Part shown: piece after piece, positions 13,482-27,420 of the stretch
Layout of the letters: the number at the start of each line of letters is the position of its first letter
Position numbering within the stretch: position 1 is the first letter of the stretch
NCBI GenBank assembly: GCA_965649765.1
Contig: OZ287755.1
Coordinates: 63,860,001 to 63,924,000 of the forward strand
Source of the DNA: Bispira polyomma
Lineage: Eukaryota
DNA: 64,000 nucleotides
Direction of reading: 5' to 3'
Notes under the pieces: model-generated
What the model was told of the DNA's origin: nothing
Databases searched by the model: none
The model's input: the letters and a program-made list of their open reading frames with translations, nothing else
Made by a program: the position numbers and the translations under genes

Positions 13482-14299
13482 TATGTAGGTAATTTTATGA
13501 ATTGAATATGAGCTGGTATTCATAAAGATGTTTATTGTTTAAATAATCAACTTTATTGTCTGAAAATAGTCTTTCAAAGAATCCGATTGGCTGAGACTAA
13601 GACGAATTAACAAAACTGTATTCTGAGAAAGTCAGTGAATGTAAATAAACACTTTAATATTTTTGGAGGGGTCAGACGTTATAAATCAATGAACTTGATA
13701 ACATATTTTGAATTGGTGCACATAAAAAATTAATCAACAAATCTGCAATGAGTTGAAAAGTCTAAATAATGGTTGATGTTTTATAACTTTACAAGTTTCA
13801 TTTGGGTCATTGCAAAAAGTGATTTTCCTGTGGTGGGCTTTAGAAAATACAGGATTCAGAATATAATAATGATATTATTGATATGTTACAGTCACATAAA
13901 GTATTACCCTCAAAATCAGAACTATCTTTTTATTTCCAGTAACACAATTAGGGTTTGTCCCAATATTGACCAGTGCTTTCTTTCAAAATGAGTGGTCATC
14001 ACCCTCAATATTTGGAAATCACTAATGAATGGATATCAGGTGGTTGAGTTCATATACTATGAATCATTTAGTGGAACAGTGCACTCATTAAACTTTGAAA
14101 CAATAAATGAAAAACATGTTTTGAACAATATGTATCACACAAACAGCAGTTCTAAGGCATCCAAAATAGTCCAAAAAGCTCCAAAATTATACATCTTTAC
14201 TCATTAAGCAGTTTCATATTTTTAGAGAAGTTATTGATTGATGTCAGGCATATACAAGTGCAACAACAGAATTAGTTAACCAATAGATGTAAAAAAAGG

Positions 14300-14570
14300 C
14301 AATTGGAAGAAACAAATGGGTTTTAAGCTTTTTTTCCTTAACATAGGGACAGCAATAGAGCGAACTTTAGATCCAGCCCTCTTAGTAGGTTTAGCAGAGG
14401 AAACAAAAGATTCTTTCCTCTTGTTTAAGGTTACTGAAGAAAAATCGAGCAGCAAGGTAGGAGGGCTGTTGAAAAAATAACAGCTTTGAAAGTAGTTACA
14501 TGACTTTTAAACAAAATATGATAATGGATGGGAAGCAAATGTAGTTTTTGAGATATGGAGAGACCTCAAT
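14300..14570 (-). mobile_element. CR1/L2-type LINE remnant
   Basis: Shares blocks (aaggtaggagggctgt, atatggagagac) with other LINE remnants in the window. Confidence 0.6.
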
Positions 14571-17500
14571 ACCAAGCCCAAATAATAAATAGTAGCTTAT
14601 CTCAGGATGTAAATGGGCTTGTGTGTGCAGACAAAAAAAAAAATATTTAAAAACACAAGAGCACATCCATTCATCAATTGCTTTTAGCAAGAACCTTAGA
14701 AACATTTAGTTTATTGTTGCCTTTGTTTCTGCTCGTTGAATATTAAATGGACTGAAATCATCTCGCAACTGCTTGTTTATCTCAATTCAGTGGTGCAATA
14801 TTGTTAAAGAATAATTGATGATTTATTTCCCATATTAAGGTTCACTTCTAGATCTATTTTTTATGTAAGAGCGTTTTTTTTTTTGCTTTCACATACTGAC
14901 AACCTGATTCACCAATCTTTTAAAAAAGACATTTATTATTGTTATTACTAGCCAGTGTGTGATGACAATGTGAGTAGATCAAGCCTTGTATAGAGCAGCA
15001 CCAACTCAACTCATTTGCATACTAAATACCAGTATTTGCATATTTATAGAGGAATCAAAGCATAAGAGTGTGTTTCCTTTATTGTAGTAAATAAGCACAT
15101 ATTAAAAAATGGTAGTTCAGTAGGGGGTTTCTACCACACATATCTACAATGTAATCTCATAAATTGTCCATAGCCTAGTTTTAAGTGTTCAAATGGGACA
15201 GCTTCAGTACATTCCTATCTTGGATAAAGGGAATTAGGATACAAGTTTAACATTTTCTGTAGAATCCGGGTATGGGCCTGATGCTATATGAATCAAGTTA
15301 TAACAGTGATCATTCCACCAATAGTATTATTTTTCAACAACTTTTATTGTCACATTAAGACATTACAATATATTTACCAGTCTTCATGAAATATTCGAAA
15401 GTCTGACCATAGGTGTCAGATTTAGAGAGTGGTGACCTTCTAGGGGTCATAAGTGATAATTATGTAATATAAGAGGAAAGTCGGATGCAGTTTGGGATAC
15501 TTTTTTTACAAGTTTACTCTGCTTCAGTATATACATCTGTACACAAAAATTCAAAATTAAAATTTTTAAAATGCCATACACAAACACATACAATACACAA
15601 AGTCAAAATTTTATTTAGCAAAAATTCAAACAAAAATTCAATGTAGCAAAAAATAAAGAAAACACGCCACATTACCATATTAGGACAGAAGCAACTTTTT
15701 CAGTTAGTATAGATACATGATATGTGGCCTATTTAAGCTATGTTATTAGGTACAAAAAAAAACCCCACACAGAAACATATCTTTTTACAATTAACTTATA
15801 TCCATGAGTTGACCAAAGCAATCTTTTAAACATGAAATTGTTCATTTTTACTGAATGGCTGGAACTTTGGCTTGAGTATAAGGGTAAATTCTATAAATAA
15901 TAGTGGTTTATTTGGAGTTTATTTGTTATTGGTATATCATTCCCTTAATAAATCAGATAATTCAATCTAAGCATGTATTTATTGCTATAAAAAGGCATAC
16001 CAAGTCATATTTTACATAATGTAAGGCTGAACTTTGTCTCAAGAGTGTTCTTACTAAAACATACATCTTTAGCACTGGCTGAGCCACCACTTTTGCGTAT
16101 TTCTCCCGTGCCAGATGCTTTGGTCCTTTTACTTTAAAGTGGTTTAAACAAATGTAAATAGTACTGACATTTAAACTATGTTATAGATACTATTGTATTG
16201 GAGTTTTATATTGGCGCGAGGCATCTTCTAAAATGCAAGAACAGAATCAATAAACCAAATGTGTAGGAAAAAACATAGGCTGGTTGCAATGAATGAACAT
16301 GGGTGACCACAAAGGAATTAAAGTGGGTAAGACTTTCCAGTGATCTAAAGGCCCGGTCTCATTAAGACGTCCTCCCGTGACCCTTTTTAGTGACAATACA
16401 GACTGTAACAAGCTCCCACTAATACATCACTAAGCACAATGTGTTCCCTCACTGCTACTAAATGCAACTAACATGAAACGAGCCAGAATGAATCACAACG
16501 AGCCAGCACAAACTGCTACTGATGAGAAACGAACCCAAACTAATCAAGACATATACCACTCCCCGCCACTTCTTCCACAAAACCCCTCACGAATAAATAT
16601 TCATCACCAAAATTTTTCACCAAACTTCTGTGAAGGCAAGACCAATGTTCACAGATATCAACGAAAACTTCCGAAGTACTCTTGATGTAGACAAACTTGA
16701 AACAACCTGGATTCTACCCAAATCTGCTCCAATATTCAATGGATCCATTCTTGTGTTATGCCCCCCCCCCCAGCCCACCACCATCCCTGGCCCTATGTCG
16801 TATGATGGGTCTAAGATGAACCATTTAAAGATGTATTGGTACCATATTTATAGTTAATATATTTCTCTTATATATCTCTTATATATGTGGACTGATAAAA
16901 GTTTATTTCCTAAAAAACTGATGGTTACAGTTACATCAGAACCTTGCAAACCCATCACAACTTTATTATGGTAATTTCAGACACAGACGTGCTGTAAAGC
17001 ATGTAATATTTTTCTCCCAATATGAAGAAATTACCATAAACACCAGAAGTAGTTGTCAAGTAGACATTACCATAAAACCCCATTATTGATCGATTATTTA
17101 TTAATCCATTAACTTGTACTCAGAAGCAGAAGTTACCTCTTAACTAGAACTAAATTGCTCTTGGTTTTTTTACAAGACAGCACTAAAGGAGCCGGCTTAA
17201 AAAAACAACTAAGGTTGGGCATGGTTTGACATAGTAACTTTGGTTAATTCATCTGGAAAACCCCCAAATACCCAGGCTTGTATATGATGAAGGGAGAAAA
17301 ATGTACTGTCAGTTATAATGCCCATTCTGCACTGTTAAATCAACCTCCTCATAATTACGAGGGATAGTATGTTCAATTTTAATAAAGCCTATGTGTATTG
17401 GTTAAAGATAATGTATTTCGATCAAACTACATCAAAACCTTAAGATGTACTCTAACACCAATGCTAAAGAACATGGGGTAAACTAAAATTGAAGGGGGTA

Positions 17501-17929
17501 ATCAGTTTTATATTATGGGGCTGTCCCACTATCAAGGCCTATCAGAAGGAGACCCTGATAATGCAGTTGAGAAACGTTATGTCACACGACTATAATCATA
17601 TTGGTTAACGATTGTAACAATATGTCGGGAGCAAGGCCCGATAGATCAGGTCAGATTGGGGATTTTACTCGTACGAACAAAATATATCTGCCCGATTGAC
17701 AAAGATAAGTCGTTACAACCACTTACGATTGTAAAGATTGGTTGTTGTCATTCCCGATAGGTCGCTACCTCGATACTGATAGGTCGCTACCTCGATCCGG
17801 ATTGGCAAGATAGATTTTTCAATTTTGCAATTGGTAGACGTACGGAACCTCACAATTCACCTCCAAAACCATATATAAAGGAGCAAAGCTCACAAATCCA
17901 GACAGTTTTTATTGAGAAGTCGATTGAGC

Positions 17930-18870
17930 AACATGATATCACAAAGGATAATATATATGGCCGGAATTCTACAAGCTTTATCTGAATTTATGCGGATACA
18001 ATTACTTATGGATTACCAAGGCCAAACAAGAAGAAGACAAAATCTCATACTGGCAAAGAATCAGAATCAGGATAATAATGTATCAATCTGGAGGCAGAGC
18101 ATGAAGGAGTTTCTGGGTGAAACCATTGCTCAGGGATAGGGAGGAGCACGGTCACTACTCGGCACTTCTGCCATAGATGGAGGCTGAAGATGTACGCTCA
18201 TATAGGAACTTTTTGAGGATGACCTTAGGCTTATTCCAAGAACTGGAGAGGAGGGTGGCCCAGAGGGTTGGGAAAATCATGACATGGTACCACAAAGCAC
18301 TGTCACCTGAACTGAAGATTGCAATAAATTTAAGACATTTTCCGACTTGGGAGTCGTAGACCTCACTTCCCAACTCACTTCCTCAACTTCTCTCCTCCTC
18401 AACCCATAGGCCCTGGTAGGCCCCCACCCCTTAATTCATCATGGGAGACGACACATTTGCCTTAAAGACCTGGATGATGAAACCCTTCTCCAGACAAGGG
18501 CTGGACTCAAATTGACGCATGTTTAACTACAGAATATCCGGGGGCAGAAGGGTGGTGGAGAATGCCTTTGGAATGCTAGTGGGGAGGTTTAGACTTTTAC
18601 TTTTAACAATGCAACAGACACTACCTGTGGTAGCCACCTTAACCCTATCCTGTGTAGTCCTCCACAACAACCTGAGAAGTGCAAATATCAACCAGGGAGG
18701 AGATCACCCAAACCTAGCAGATGACCCCTCCCCCCCCCCCCCCCCAGGATGCACTGCTGGGAAATCAACACCACACAGCAGAAATCCTAGCCGAGTAGCC
18801 AAGAAACAGACAGACCCCCTCATGGACTACTTCATGAGGAGCAGTGCCATGGCAGAACGACTGTGTTTGA
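17930..18870 (+). pseudogene. Harbinger (HARBI1-like) DDE transposase remnant
   Basis: YRNFLRMT..F.EL, LSPELKIAINLRHF, IMGDDTFALKTWMMKPF, FNYRISGGRRVVENAFGMLVGRFR and CVVLHN motifs. It has in-frame stops and lacks the central catalytic segment. Confidence 0.85.
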
Positions 18871-19198
18871 AGCGTCCCCTGAGCCTGAGACAGAAAAAAC
18901 AAATCGGCTCTTTTCAGGGCCACCCAAAACAACCAAGACATGTTTTGAGCTGTTGTTAAAAAGTAAAATAAAACAAAAACCCCTTATGACAAAAAACAAA
19001 TTATCCCAACAACACAAAAAAAAAAAACCCATGTAGAGACAAAGAAAAAACATTACCCCCTTACATACTTAATGAATTTTATTTGGACAGCATCAAAATA
19101 AATTTCCCAGTTCTTTAATTTTGCAAACCACTTCAAGTAGAACTATTTTACTGGGACATTGTTTTAAAAAGACTTCTACTTCAATGGGTTTTCAAATT

Positions 19199-19360
19199 TA
19201 AAGGGGATTATATTTGGAAGGGCTTCAGATTATAAAGGGGATTATATTTGGAAGGGCTTCAGATTATAAAGGGGATTATATTTGGAAGGGCTTCAGATTA
19301 TAAAGGGACTTTCACTTGGAATGGCTTCATATTATAAAGGGGATTTTATTTAGAAGGGGT
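19199..19360. repeat. 34-bp minisatellite, ~4.5 copies (taaaggggattatatttggaagggcttcagatta)
   Basis: Three near-perfect and 1-2 degenerate tandem units between the two Harbinger ORFs. Confidence 0.9.
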
Positions 19361-19604
19361 TTCGTATGTTTGATGTTTTAGAAATCATTTTCATTCTTGT
19401 GTGTGGGGGCAAGTATATTTTGTTTAGTGTATAAGTGAGATAAGTTATTTGTGGGGCCAGTTTGCTTCTTGTCATGAGGTTTTTTTTAATAATAATAAAT
19501 GTCAGCAATATCCCCAAAGCCTGCAAGAGTCCGAATGTTCTGGTAGCTAGTGTCTGGTGCGTTCAAATCTAAGCCTCTCGCAAATGAGGAAGCTTCCGAG
19601 GTAT

Positions 19605-19916
19605 TCAGGTTGTCACTGGCCGTCTAATATGCTGCTTCAGGAAGTCGAAGTTGGTCTTCACCCACTGCTGTTGCTTGGTCAACTCTAAGGCAGCTTGCCC
19701 AGACATGCCAACACTCAGCTTGCCGAAGATAGTCCTCTGGGATTGGAACCACTTTATCACTTCTGTGTAATCCAATCCCCTGGCCGTGCAGTACTCTTCC
19801 AACACCATGTTCTTCTTCTGAGTGTCTTCATACAGTGGATCATGCTTATTGTAGGACCACTCATGGTCCTTCAGGAAGTCGACACAGTCCTTATCTTCCC
19901 CTTCTTCTGTTTGCAA
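19605..19916 (-). pseudogene. MADF/Myb-SANT-like DNA-binding protein of the Harbinger element (partial)
   Basis: FLKDHEWSYNKHDPLYEDTQKK...IKWFQSQRTIFGKL...SGQAA...WV...FDFLKQHI is the typical second Harbinger ORF; it lies inside the TIRs, convergent with the transposase. Confidence 0.8.
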
Positions 19917-22900
19917 CCGAAGGCCGTCACCTCACTGTCCTGTGTATCCCACATATGTTGGGTATCCTTGGTATCCTGGAAAGTCTCATGGTTCAACCGA
20001 TGAAAAAGTTCAAAAAAAGTTCTGATGTGTCTTTGCTATCATGGACTGTTGAGTTTCTGGAATAGTCCCCTCATCATCTGTGTCTCTCACTTAAAAATCT
20101 CTCTCCTCCTCATGTACTGATTGTATCCTCCTCTTCTTTGTAACTCTTCTTTTTCTGGCATAATTGCAATATTTAATAAACGTAGTCTCACTAATTCTTA
20201 AAATATAAAAATAAAACCCTTTTATAATCAAAAATAATAAAAATTGCCAATAGATGTTTCCTCTCTGAAAGCTGGGATGAATCTGTTAAAGGAAGAGTGT
20301 CCATTCTGCTTTTTATACAATCTGCTTCCCGTCCACGATTGCGGCCAAGTTATCATTTTCACTCCTGAGTTATCCTTTGTTCCGCCCAACCTATCGTTAG
20401 TCTTTCCGAGCTATCATTACAATCGGGGTGTCTTAATGATATATCGGCCACTTCTCTTTAGTTATCTTTAAAATCGAGATCTTGGTAACGACCTATCCTT
20501 ATGACATTCCCGAGTTATCTTTGTAATTGGGCAATTTTTCACGATCTATCCTTAACATTTGACAGGATGACTCCGGAAAAGTGTATGATAACTTATAATG
20601 CCCTCGAGCAATCAGGACAGATAGGATGATAAATCCTTATCATAATGGCCAAATTTACTCTTGATTTAGATCCCGACAGAAAAGATAGGTCGTTATAAGG
20701 TAAAGATAAAAACTCGGTAGCAGCTTTCAATTGACCTCGACCTATCAAACGAAGGTCATCCAATCGCAGAGGTTTTTTAACATGTTAGTTAATTTGTACG
20801 AGTGACCAAGAGTGTCCCAAGTGAACACAATAAGTCGGGATAACCCACCGATTGTCCCGAATATTGTCCCAATTAGCTGATGGTCGGGAGCTATGATTGG
20901 GATAGTGGGACAGCCTCATTACAAATGGTAATGTAAATTCGATTTTAAATTGTTAAGATATTTTGTTTTTGCCTTCAGCAAGTTGAATGCCAGTTTTTCC
21001 ACATGCATGCATGGATACATGCTCACGACTGAATATGTGGCAGGTTTGAGTGTTGTTACCCCTACATCATGAAGGCGTAACTTCCCAGAATGACGTATCA
21101 GATCTAAGTCTTCATAGTTCTTAACCCTTTTCGACTGCTGTGTTGTTGATTAGTAGCAAACCGCATTCCTAGCTTCCAGAAGCTAGGTCTGTCGACCAAC
21201 AGCTGGCACCGCAACCAATAATTTGTTTCCCTTCAGTGCAGTTCAGTGCTGCATTGTAGCAGAATTCCTGTTTAGAGAAGTATGTCTGAGGCCCTTATTA
21301 CATGACGGAAGCAGTCTGTGGTGTGTGTTTTAGTAACTCCATCTATCTCTAAGCTATACCCTGAAAAACTTTCCTTACAGTTTCCAGCAATAGTTTATTA
21401 TTAATGTGTATCAAATATATTAATATTCGATGGAGTCATATTTGTAGGATTAGAGAACACACTCACTCTTAACATATTATTGAAAATATAAGATATTGTA
21501 AGAACTAAACATATTAGAAAAATTTGTAATAAAACATTTAATGTACAGATCATGTCATCGGGTGCTCGCCCTGTATCCCCAATTATTGGATTGATTTTTA
21601 TGTCAAAAAGTAAGAATGGGGGAATATCATTGTGTTGTAGTCTTCAGACATCAGTGAGGTTTTACTGGAGAGAGCATTATGAGTCATCAAGGAAATGGGT
21701 TTGATAATATTTTTTATCATACATGAGTGGCTTTAGAAACATCGGCAAAAACATATAGTATAAACATCAGTTACAACAACAAATCACAGTGCTAGTATGC
21801 TGCAAATGACATTTAGGGCTCATAATAGATATTATGACCTAAAAGGGGTCTGATCCTTCAGTTCACCCCAAGTCACTTATATTGTGTCCTATCTTAATCC
21901 TTGGTAACACAGTTGATTTAGCTTTATTATGTGTTATCAAACCACACATTCGACCATTCCTTTGTGTAGTCTCACAATAAGGTTTCCATCCTTTTTATCT
22001 GCCTTTATACTTCTCGACACTGTAGTATACACACAGGAAAATTGCCCACCTCCTCCCCTTTACCAGAGCGATTTGAGGTCTTTTCACTGAACTGTTGTCT
22101 TGTAATACTTCGTAGTCTACTTCCTGGGCCGAGTGTGGGTTTGATTCAGTCTTCTTTGACTCTCCCCTGAGCATCACGTCTAAGGAGCCAGGGTTGAAAG
22201 AGGGCTCTAAGAGGCTGAATCTCCCTTCGCCAGGCGGTTGGTGTTGTAGACCCACAGGGCCAACTCCAATGTTGTATCAGTTATCAGAGTATCAGTTAAA
22301 TAAGTTACTATATATGTTGTCAAACTTTTATTTCGGCCTTCTGTCATAGCAGGTCCAAGCCTTGAATTTTGGCTAGTCCGTTTTGTCATCATGACTAATG
22401 TGAATGTAAGTGTTGAAAGAAGTGCATTATGGTTCCGAAGATAATAGAAACTGTCAGTGGGTCGTCTAGCGAACGTGCTACACTGTTGTGAACTCTCTAG
22501 ATAGAGAGGTTGTCTTCTTTGTTAATCATGTTACTTGAAACGATTTCTTTTAAGCAATGTAATCGTACAGCACTGTGATTAACAGTAAACATTATTATTG
22601 TACGACGTTAAGAGATTATTATACTATAGGATAGTCTATTATACTGTTATAGACTCGTTATGGGTGTTTTAAAAATTATATTTACAACTTTTTAAATCTA
22701 CTTTTAACCCTCTTTTGACTGTAAAACTAATGTCCTTACATGTACAGAAATAAAAACCCTTTAAATGAATAATTTACTACATTTTCTCTTATACCACACA
22801 AATGGCTCTTCAGACCTAAGTGACCTCTGTTACTTGACTGACCTCTAACAATTGGGCAAACTGTTATGATAACTTTAGTAATCTGTTTGCGAATTCAGAT

Positions 22901-23459
22901 AATGTTGTCAGTGAACAGCTATTTCAGTTGTAAGGCTAATAGTTTTGATGAGATGGCGTGGGGGGAGAAGAGGGGGGGGGGGGGGTTGTCACGTGATTGC
23001 AATCACAAATTGGATGACGTTTGAATGTCACATCAGAATATTTTTTTGCCAGTAATCCAACTTTGTGAGAATGATTTATTCAAACACTATTATGGTTATT
23101 TCAAAGAACCAATGTGAATATATTAGCATTCTTAGCTAGAGTACGTGATTGGCTTGACAATCTAGTATCTAGTTGTGGTTGCAATGTCAAAAAATGTGGT
23201 CACAGAAGATAAGTAAATTAATGTATGTCCAATAAACTGTCAAAGGTAAAAAATACCTCCGCTTTAATTAGATCAGAAAACCATGGCTTGTACTAGCTTA
23301 GATTATACAGCAGTAGTAGGCAGGCACTAACATTTCTGATACTAATACCTGTGATAATGTCAAATACCAACAACTCTGATGATCATGCAAAGGTAGGTAG
23401 TGATAGTAATTATGGCTTCGAACTCATCTTCGTCTAAATGGTACCATGAATTAGACCTT

Positions 23460-23613
23460 TTAGACATGATTCAGGCAGAAAGTACTACCAGCAACAAAGT
23501 CACCGGTTTTATAACAAAAAGTAGTACAGACGTTCACAATGTGTTGGTCTTCACAGGAAACCTGAAAAAGACCTACGTCCTTTCCTTGACATTGTTAAAG
23601 TGTATAAAACATC
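23460..23613 (-). pseudogene. Possible WSC-like exon remnant
   Basis: After the acceptor cag at 23616-23614 it reads GCFIHFNNVKEKDVGLFQVSCEDQHIVNVCTTFCYKTGDFVAGSTFCLNHV*, resembling the WSC pattern GC(F/Y)...C..FC...G...AG...C. Confidence 0.35.
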
Positions 23614-23949
23614 CTGTCTAAGCATACCACAAGGCTATAAGTTTCTCATTGAGTCCAGTTTTAACATTGAAGCATTACAAAAATACTTACTGAATTAGGA
23701 TGACAAATTACTCATTCATTCAGTACCTACAGTTTGGTTTCCCCTTGTCCCTTACTGAAAATAATATAAACTTCATAATTAACATATATGAGCCCATCAT
23801 TTAGTTACTTCTCATCCTGAAAGTGTCAATAATTACATCAGTAAGGAATGTGAGTCAGAATCAATAACGGTCCATTTGATGATATAGACCATCTAGATTT
23901 TTATTATTCTTCATTGTTAACCCATCCAAAAGATAAGGACAAAAATTCA

Positions 23950-24245
23950 CCCAGTCCCTCATGGTGTCCCACAAGATTCTGTATTTGGCCCTCTCCTTTT
24001 TACCATATACACCATATTTCTCAGTAATAAAATATGTCCGTTTTAACGTTACGCATAATCTGTATGCTGACAAAACACAAATTTACTTAACACTAGATTC
24101 AAAAAGCCTGACTCAAACATATTAGAGCTGGCACAATGCCTTGCGACTGTGCAAACAATAGATGGGAAGTGTCAAGCTCAAAGTCAATCCAGACAAAACT
24201 GAATTTATTACCATAGGTGACAATGCTACTTGAGAAAGTTTAAAA
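23950..24245 (+). mobile_element. LINE RT fragment
   Basis: GVPQDSVFGPLLFTIYT, LYADKTQIYL and LKVNPDKTEFI motifs. Confidence 0.8.
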
Positions 24246-27200
24246 TAAATGAGGGTCATGTTTTTAATTGATTTACTTTTAAAATTCTAACAAAGTTTAA
24301 CTAATTTTCTATTGGCAACAGACTATATTTTGACAATTACATATTGGAGCTATTTTGCGTTTCCCACAATTCTATGAAGGTGGATGTGAAGCATCACAGT
24401 TCAGTTTGACCAACATTTAGGTACAATTGGCCTAGTATATAGGTTTGGCCTTGTTAAAGTACAACCCTTGAGTTGAAGAATCTTGGAATAACAGTTTGCC
24501 CATATGGCTACTACTATCATAGTTTACACATACTGATCAAATCCTAAGGGGTTCAAATTTGTAATTTCAAGGACATGATGTGAAGTATAGAATGTATCAG
24601 ATTTAAGGTTGAAGCCAAACAGTTAACATCTTTTTCACCCTCCAACCTCATAGGATAGGACTTACCCATATATTCGTTTGGTAGAACCTTAGGACCATGT
24701 GGATGTATCGCCTTCTTAGCTTGAAGACCTATTATGTTACTGCCAAGCCAGTGTATCACTGTATGTGTTCAGTAATAATCAATGGAATTGTCAATTTATC
24801 AGGAATAACATGGAATTGTCTTCATATCAGGAATTACATTATATCATGGACGGTTGACAACAACTGTATTATAGAAGAACTCTTTACGAGGATGGACGTT
24901 TTATTAGAATAATGTAAAGAATTAATTATAGACTACAAACTCTAGTATAGTATGGGCTTCGAGGCTGTGTCTGTGCCTACGGACTTTGCTATAGCCTGCT
25001 TGCTTGTTTGAGGACGGACAATTTGTAATGTGTAGTGAGTTATAGTGTAATAAACTAAAAACTAAATGCCCAAACTGTTACCTGTGTATCATTATTGGCA
25101 TAATTACAGTTGTTATCAACATCATTATGTAATATTCAGTTAGCACGATTTAGCATGGTGCATAATGCACTCATGTGATTGTGATTGCATCTTCTCCTTC
25201 AAATTATTACTTAATTTCATTGGATCCCTTATCTGTAATTCTTTTATTCTTGGTAGCTGGTAAAATCACCTTTTCAAGTAAGACATGTGGGTTGTAATCT
25301 CCGGTCATTCATTACGAATATTGTTGTGATCTACAATGATGTCTTGCTGGGTCAGTTATTGTACTAAATCTTGGACTTAGACTGGGACTGTTTTGCCTGA
25401 CAAACCATGATGTCATAAAGATGGATGTCTGCCTTAGTCTTAGACTCAGACTGTTATGGATTGTTTTGCTTGACAAACGATGAGGTTATGAAAATGGATG
25501 TCTGCCTTAGTGCTCAAAAGTATAATGTTATGTCATGTTTGGATCGGCTTAAAATGTTAAATGAGTATTCCTTGACCAAGGAACCATTCTACACCAAAAG
25601 TTACATGTAATTTGGTAAAATACATTTTTTTGTAATTTTGATGACAACCAACCAAAAGATACAGGCAAGGTAGTTCTGATTGCTCAATGATTGAGAGCAT
25701 CTGTATATAACATATTCCAGCAAAAACTATCAAATTATACTCTGACAGAATATAACTGACAGATTCCAGGAAAGAAAAGTGTCAATTTACTAGAGACAAA
25801 AACAATCCATGCCATCATATGTCACCCAGTCTCTTTTTACTCCCTACAAGGCCTCCCTGCATTAAACATATCCGGGCTGCAGCTTTGACATAATTTAATG
25901 TGGTCGAGAATGATATGACACAATAATATGACACAATTGCTACACCTTCATAATGTTTTTTGTCTACTTTCTTCAACATGATTATTGGATCTTCTATAAC
26001 AAGAACTACAGGAAAGTACTTTATTATTGTTTTATTACAAATTTCAAGACACAAAATCCGTAGGTGTAGGTGGGCTATAGTTAAGCTGGTAAATATATGT
26101 TTAAATGTATATTTTTCATATATTTGACACTCCATAAATCGCCAATACATCTTACATATTTGATGTTAAATTTTGCAATATCACCGTGCAATGGAATTGC
26201 CTGGCAAAACTAGGTAAGGCAGATACATACTGACCGGATGATTACTTTCAATTGCAGTCCTATTTCACTGGGTTCTATACCCAATGGAAGATCTAAAAAC
26301 TATGGGTATGTTAATAAATAGTCATTCTCATATCCCCGTATTTAACTGCCTTTTAAAGGATAAATAATGCACTCTGTTCTTTCACAACGTCAACATCCAG
26401 TTTTTCAATTTAAACCTTTCCTGCCCTGCCTTCACTACTCCTCTAGGTTGCAGCAGATGAATTTCATTTTAGTGCTTATATAATAATTTTTCTTTTTTAA
26501 AATATTCAAGTATTGAACTTTAAAAGTGATTTTTTTTCTTACTAATATAACTTATTTCTTACTTCAATAATATCAAGAAAAATAGTGACTCTCTCAATTT
26601 ATGCTCTTTCAAACAAGGATGTCACAAATTTCATCAGAATTTGATTAGGTATTCATGTATTCGAGTTTGCTGGTGTTTTGTGGAAATTCAGAAATATCAA
26701 ACTGTCAAACTGTCACTGAATTTATTTAAAATTCCCCACCGGTAAATATATCAGTAAATGGTTCAAAAAGATATGTAAAGTTGGTATTTATATGGCTGGC
26801 ATAGTCCAAGTCAGATTCATTATAATTTGTAGTCTTCTGCTGGCATAACCGGTATGTATATATCATATTATTCTACAGAAGTAATGTACCAAAGTACCAA
26901 TATGCAAGTATACTCAAAGATGTAAATCAAATGAAAGAAAAGCAGTGATTGTAAGTAGTATGTACAAATTATTCAGGAACAACATTAAAGTCCCTTTACA
27001 CTTAATTATTTTTACTGTTTGCCATTTGTATACTTACAAAGAATATCTTGTAATTACTTTCACTGTTGACAATCACCAAAAGAAATATCTCAACTTAATT
27101 CCTAGCAAAAGTCCCATGTGAAGTGAGGTAATAACCTACTTCAATAATAAATATCACTAATCACTCAAAACTAGAATGGCACGTAGCACGACCCGTTCAA

Positions 27201-27420
27201 AATTGTTTCTTCCTTTGTCAATCTTTCATCCCAAACATTATAAAAATTCAAAAAAATGTTTTTTATAACTGGTGAAAATCAAAACAATACATACAAGAAA
27301 AAGCATGAGCTCATTGCCAGAGGTAACGACATATGAAAAATCAAGAAACTGGTAAGTTTACATTTGTTTTCTTTTGCTTTATAGTTTTCTAGTTGTAATT
27401 TTCTGCCTGGCACACTGTAG

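Larger units (their letters stand above)
17516..20918 (+). mobile_element. PIF/Harbinger DNA transposon, decayed autonomous-type copy
   Basis: 18-bp TIRs TGGGGCTGTCCCACTATC / TGAGGCTGTCCCACTATC (1 mismatch); TTA TSD at 17513-17515 and 20919-20921; convergent transposase and MADF remnants inside. Confidence 0.93.

Noticed and set aside
25370-25512. ~73-bp tandem duplication and overlapping small ORF
   Set aside because: A simple local duplication with no coding signal.
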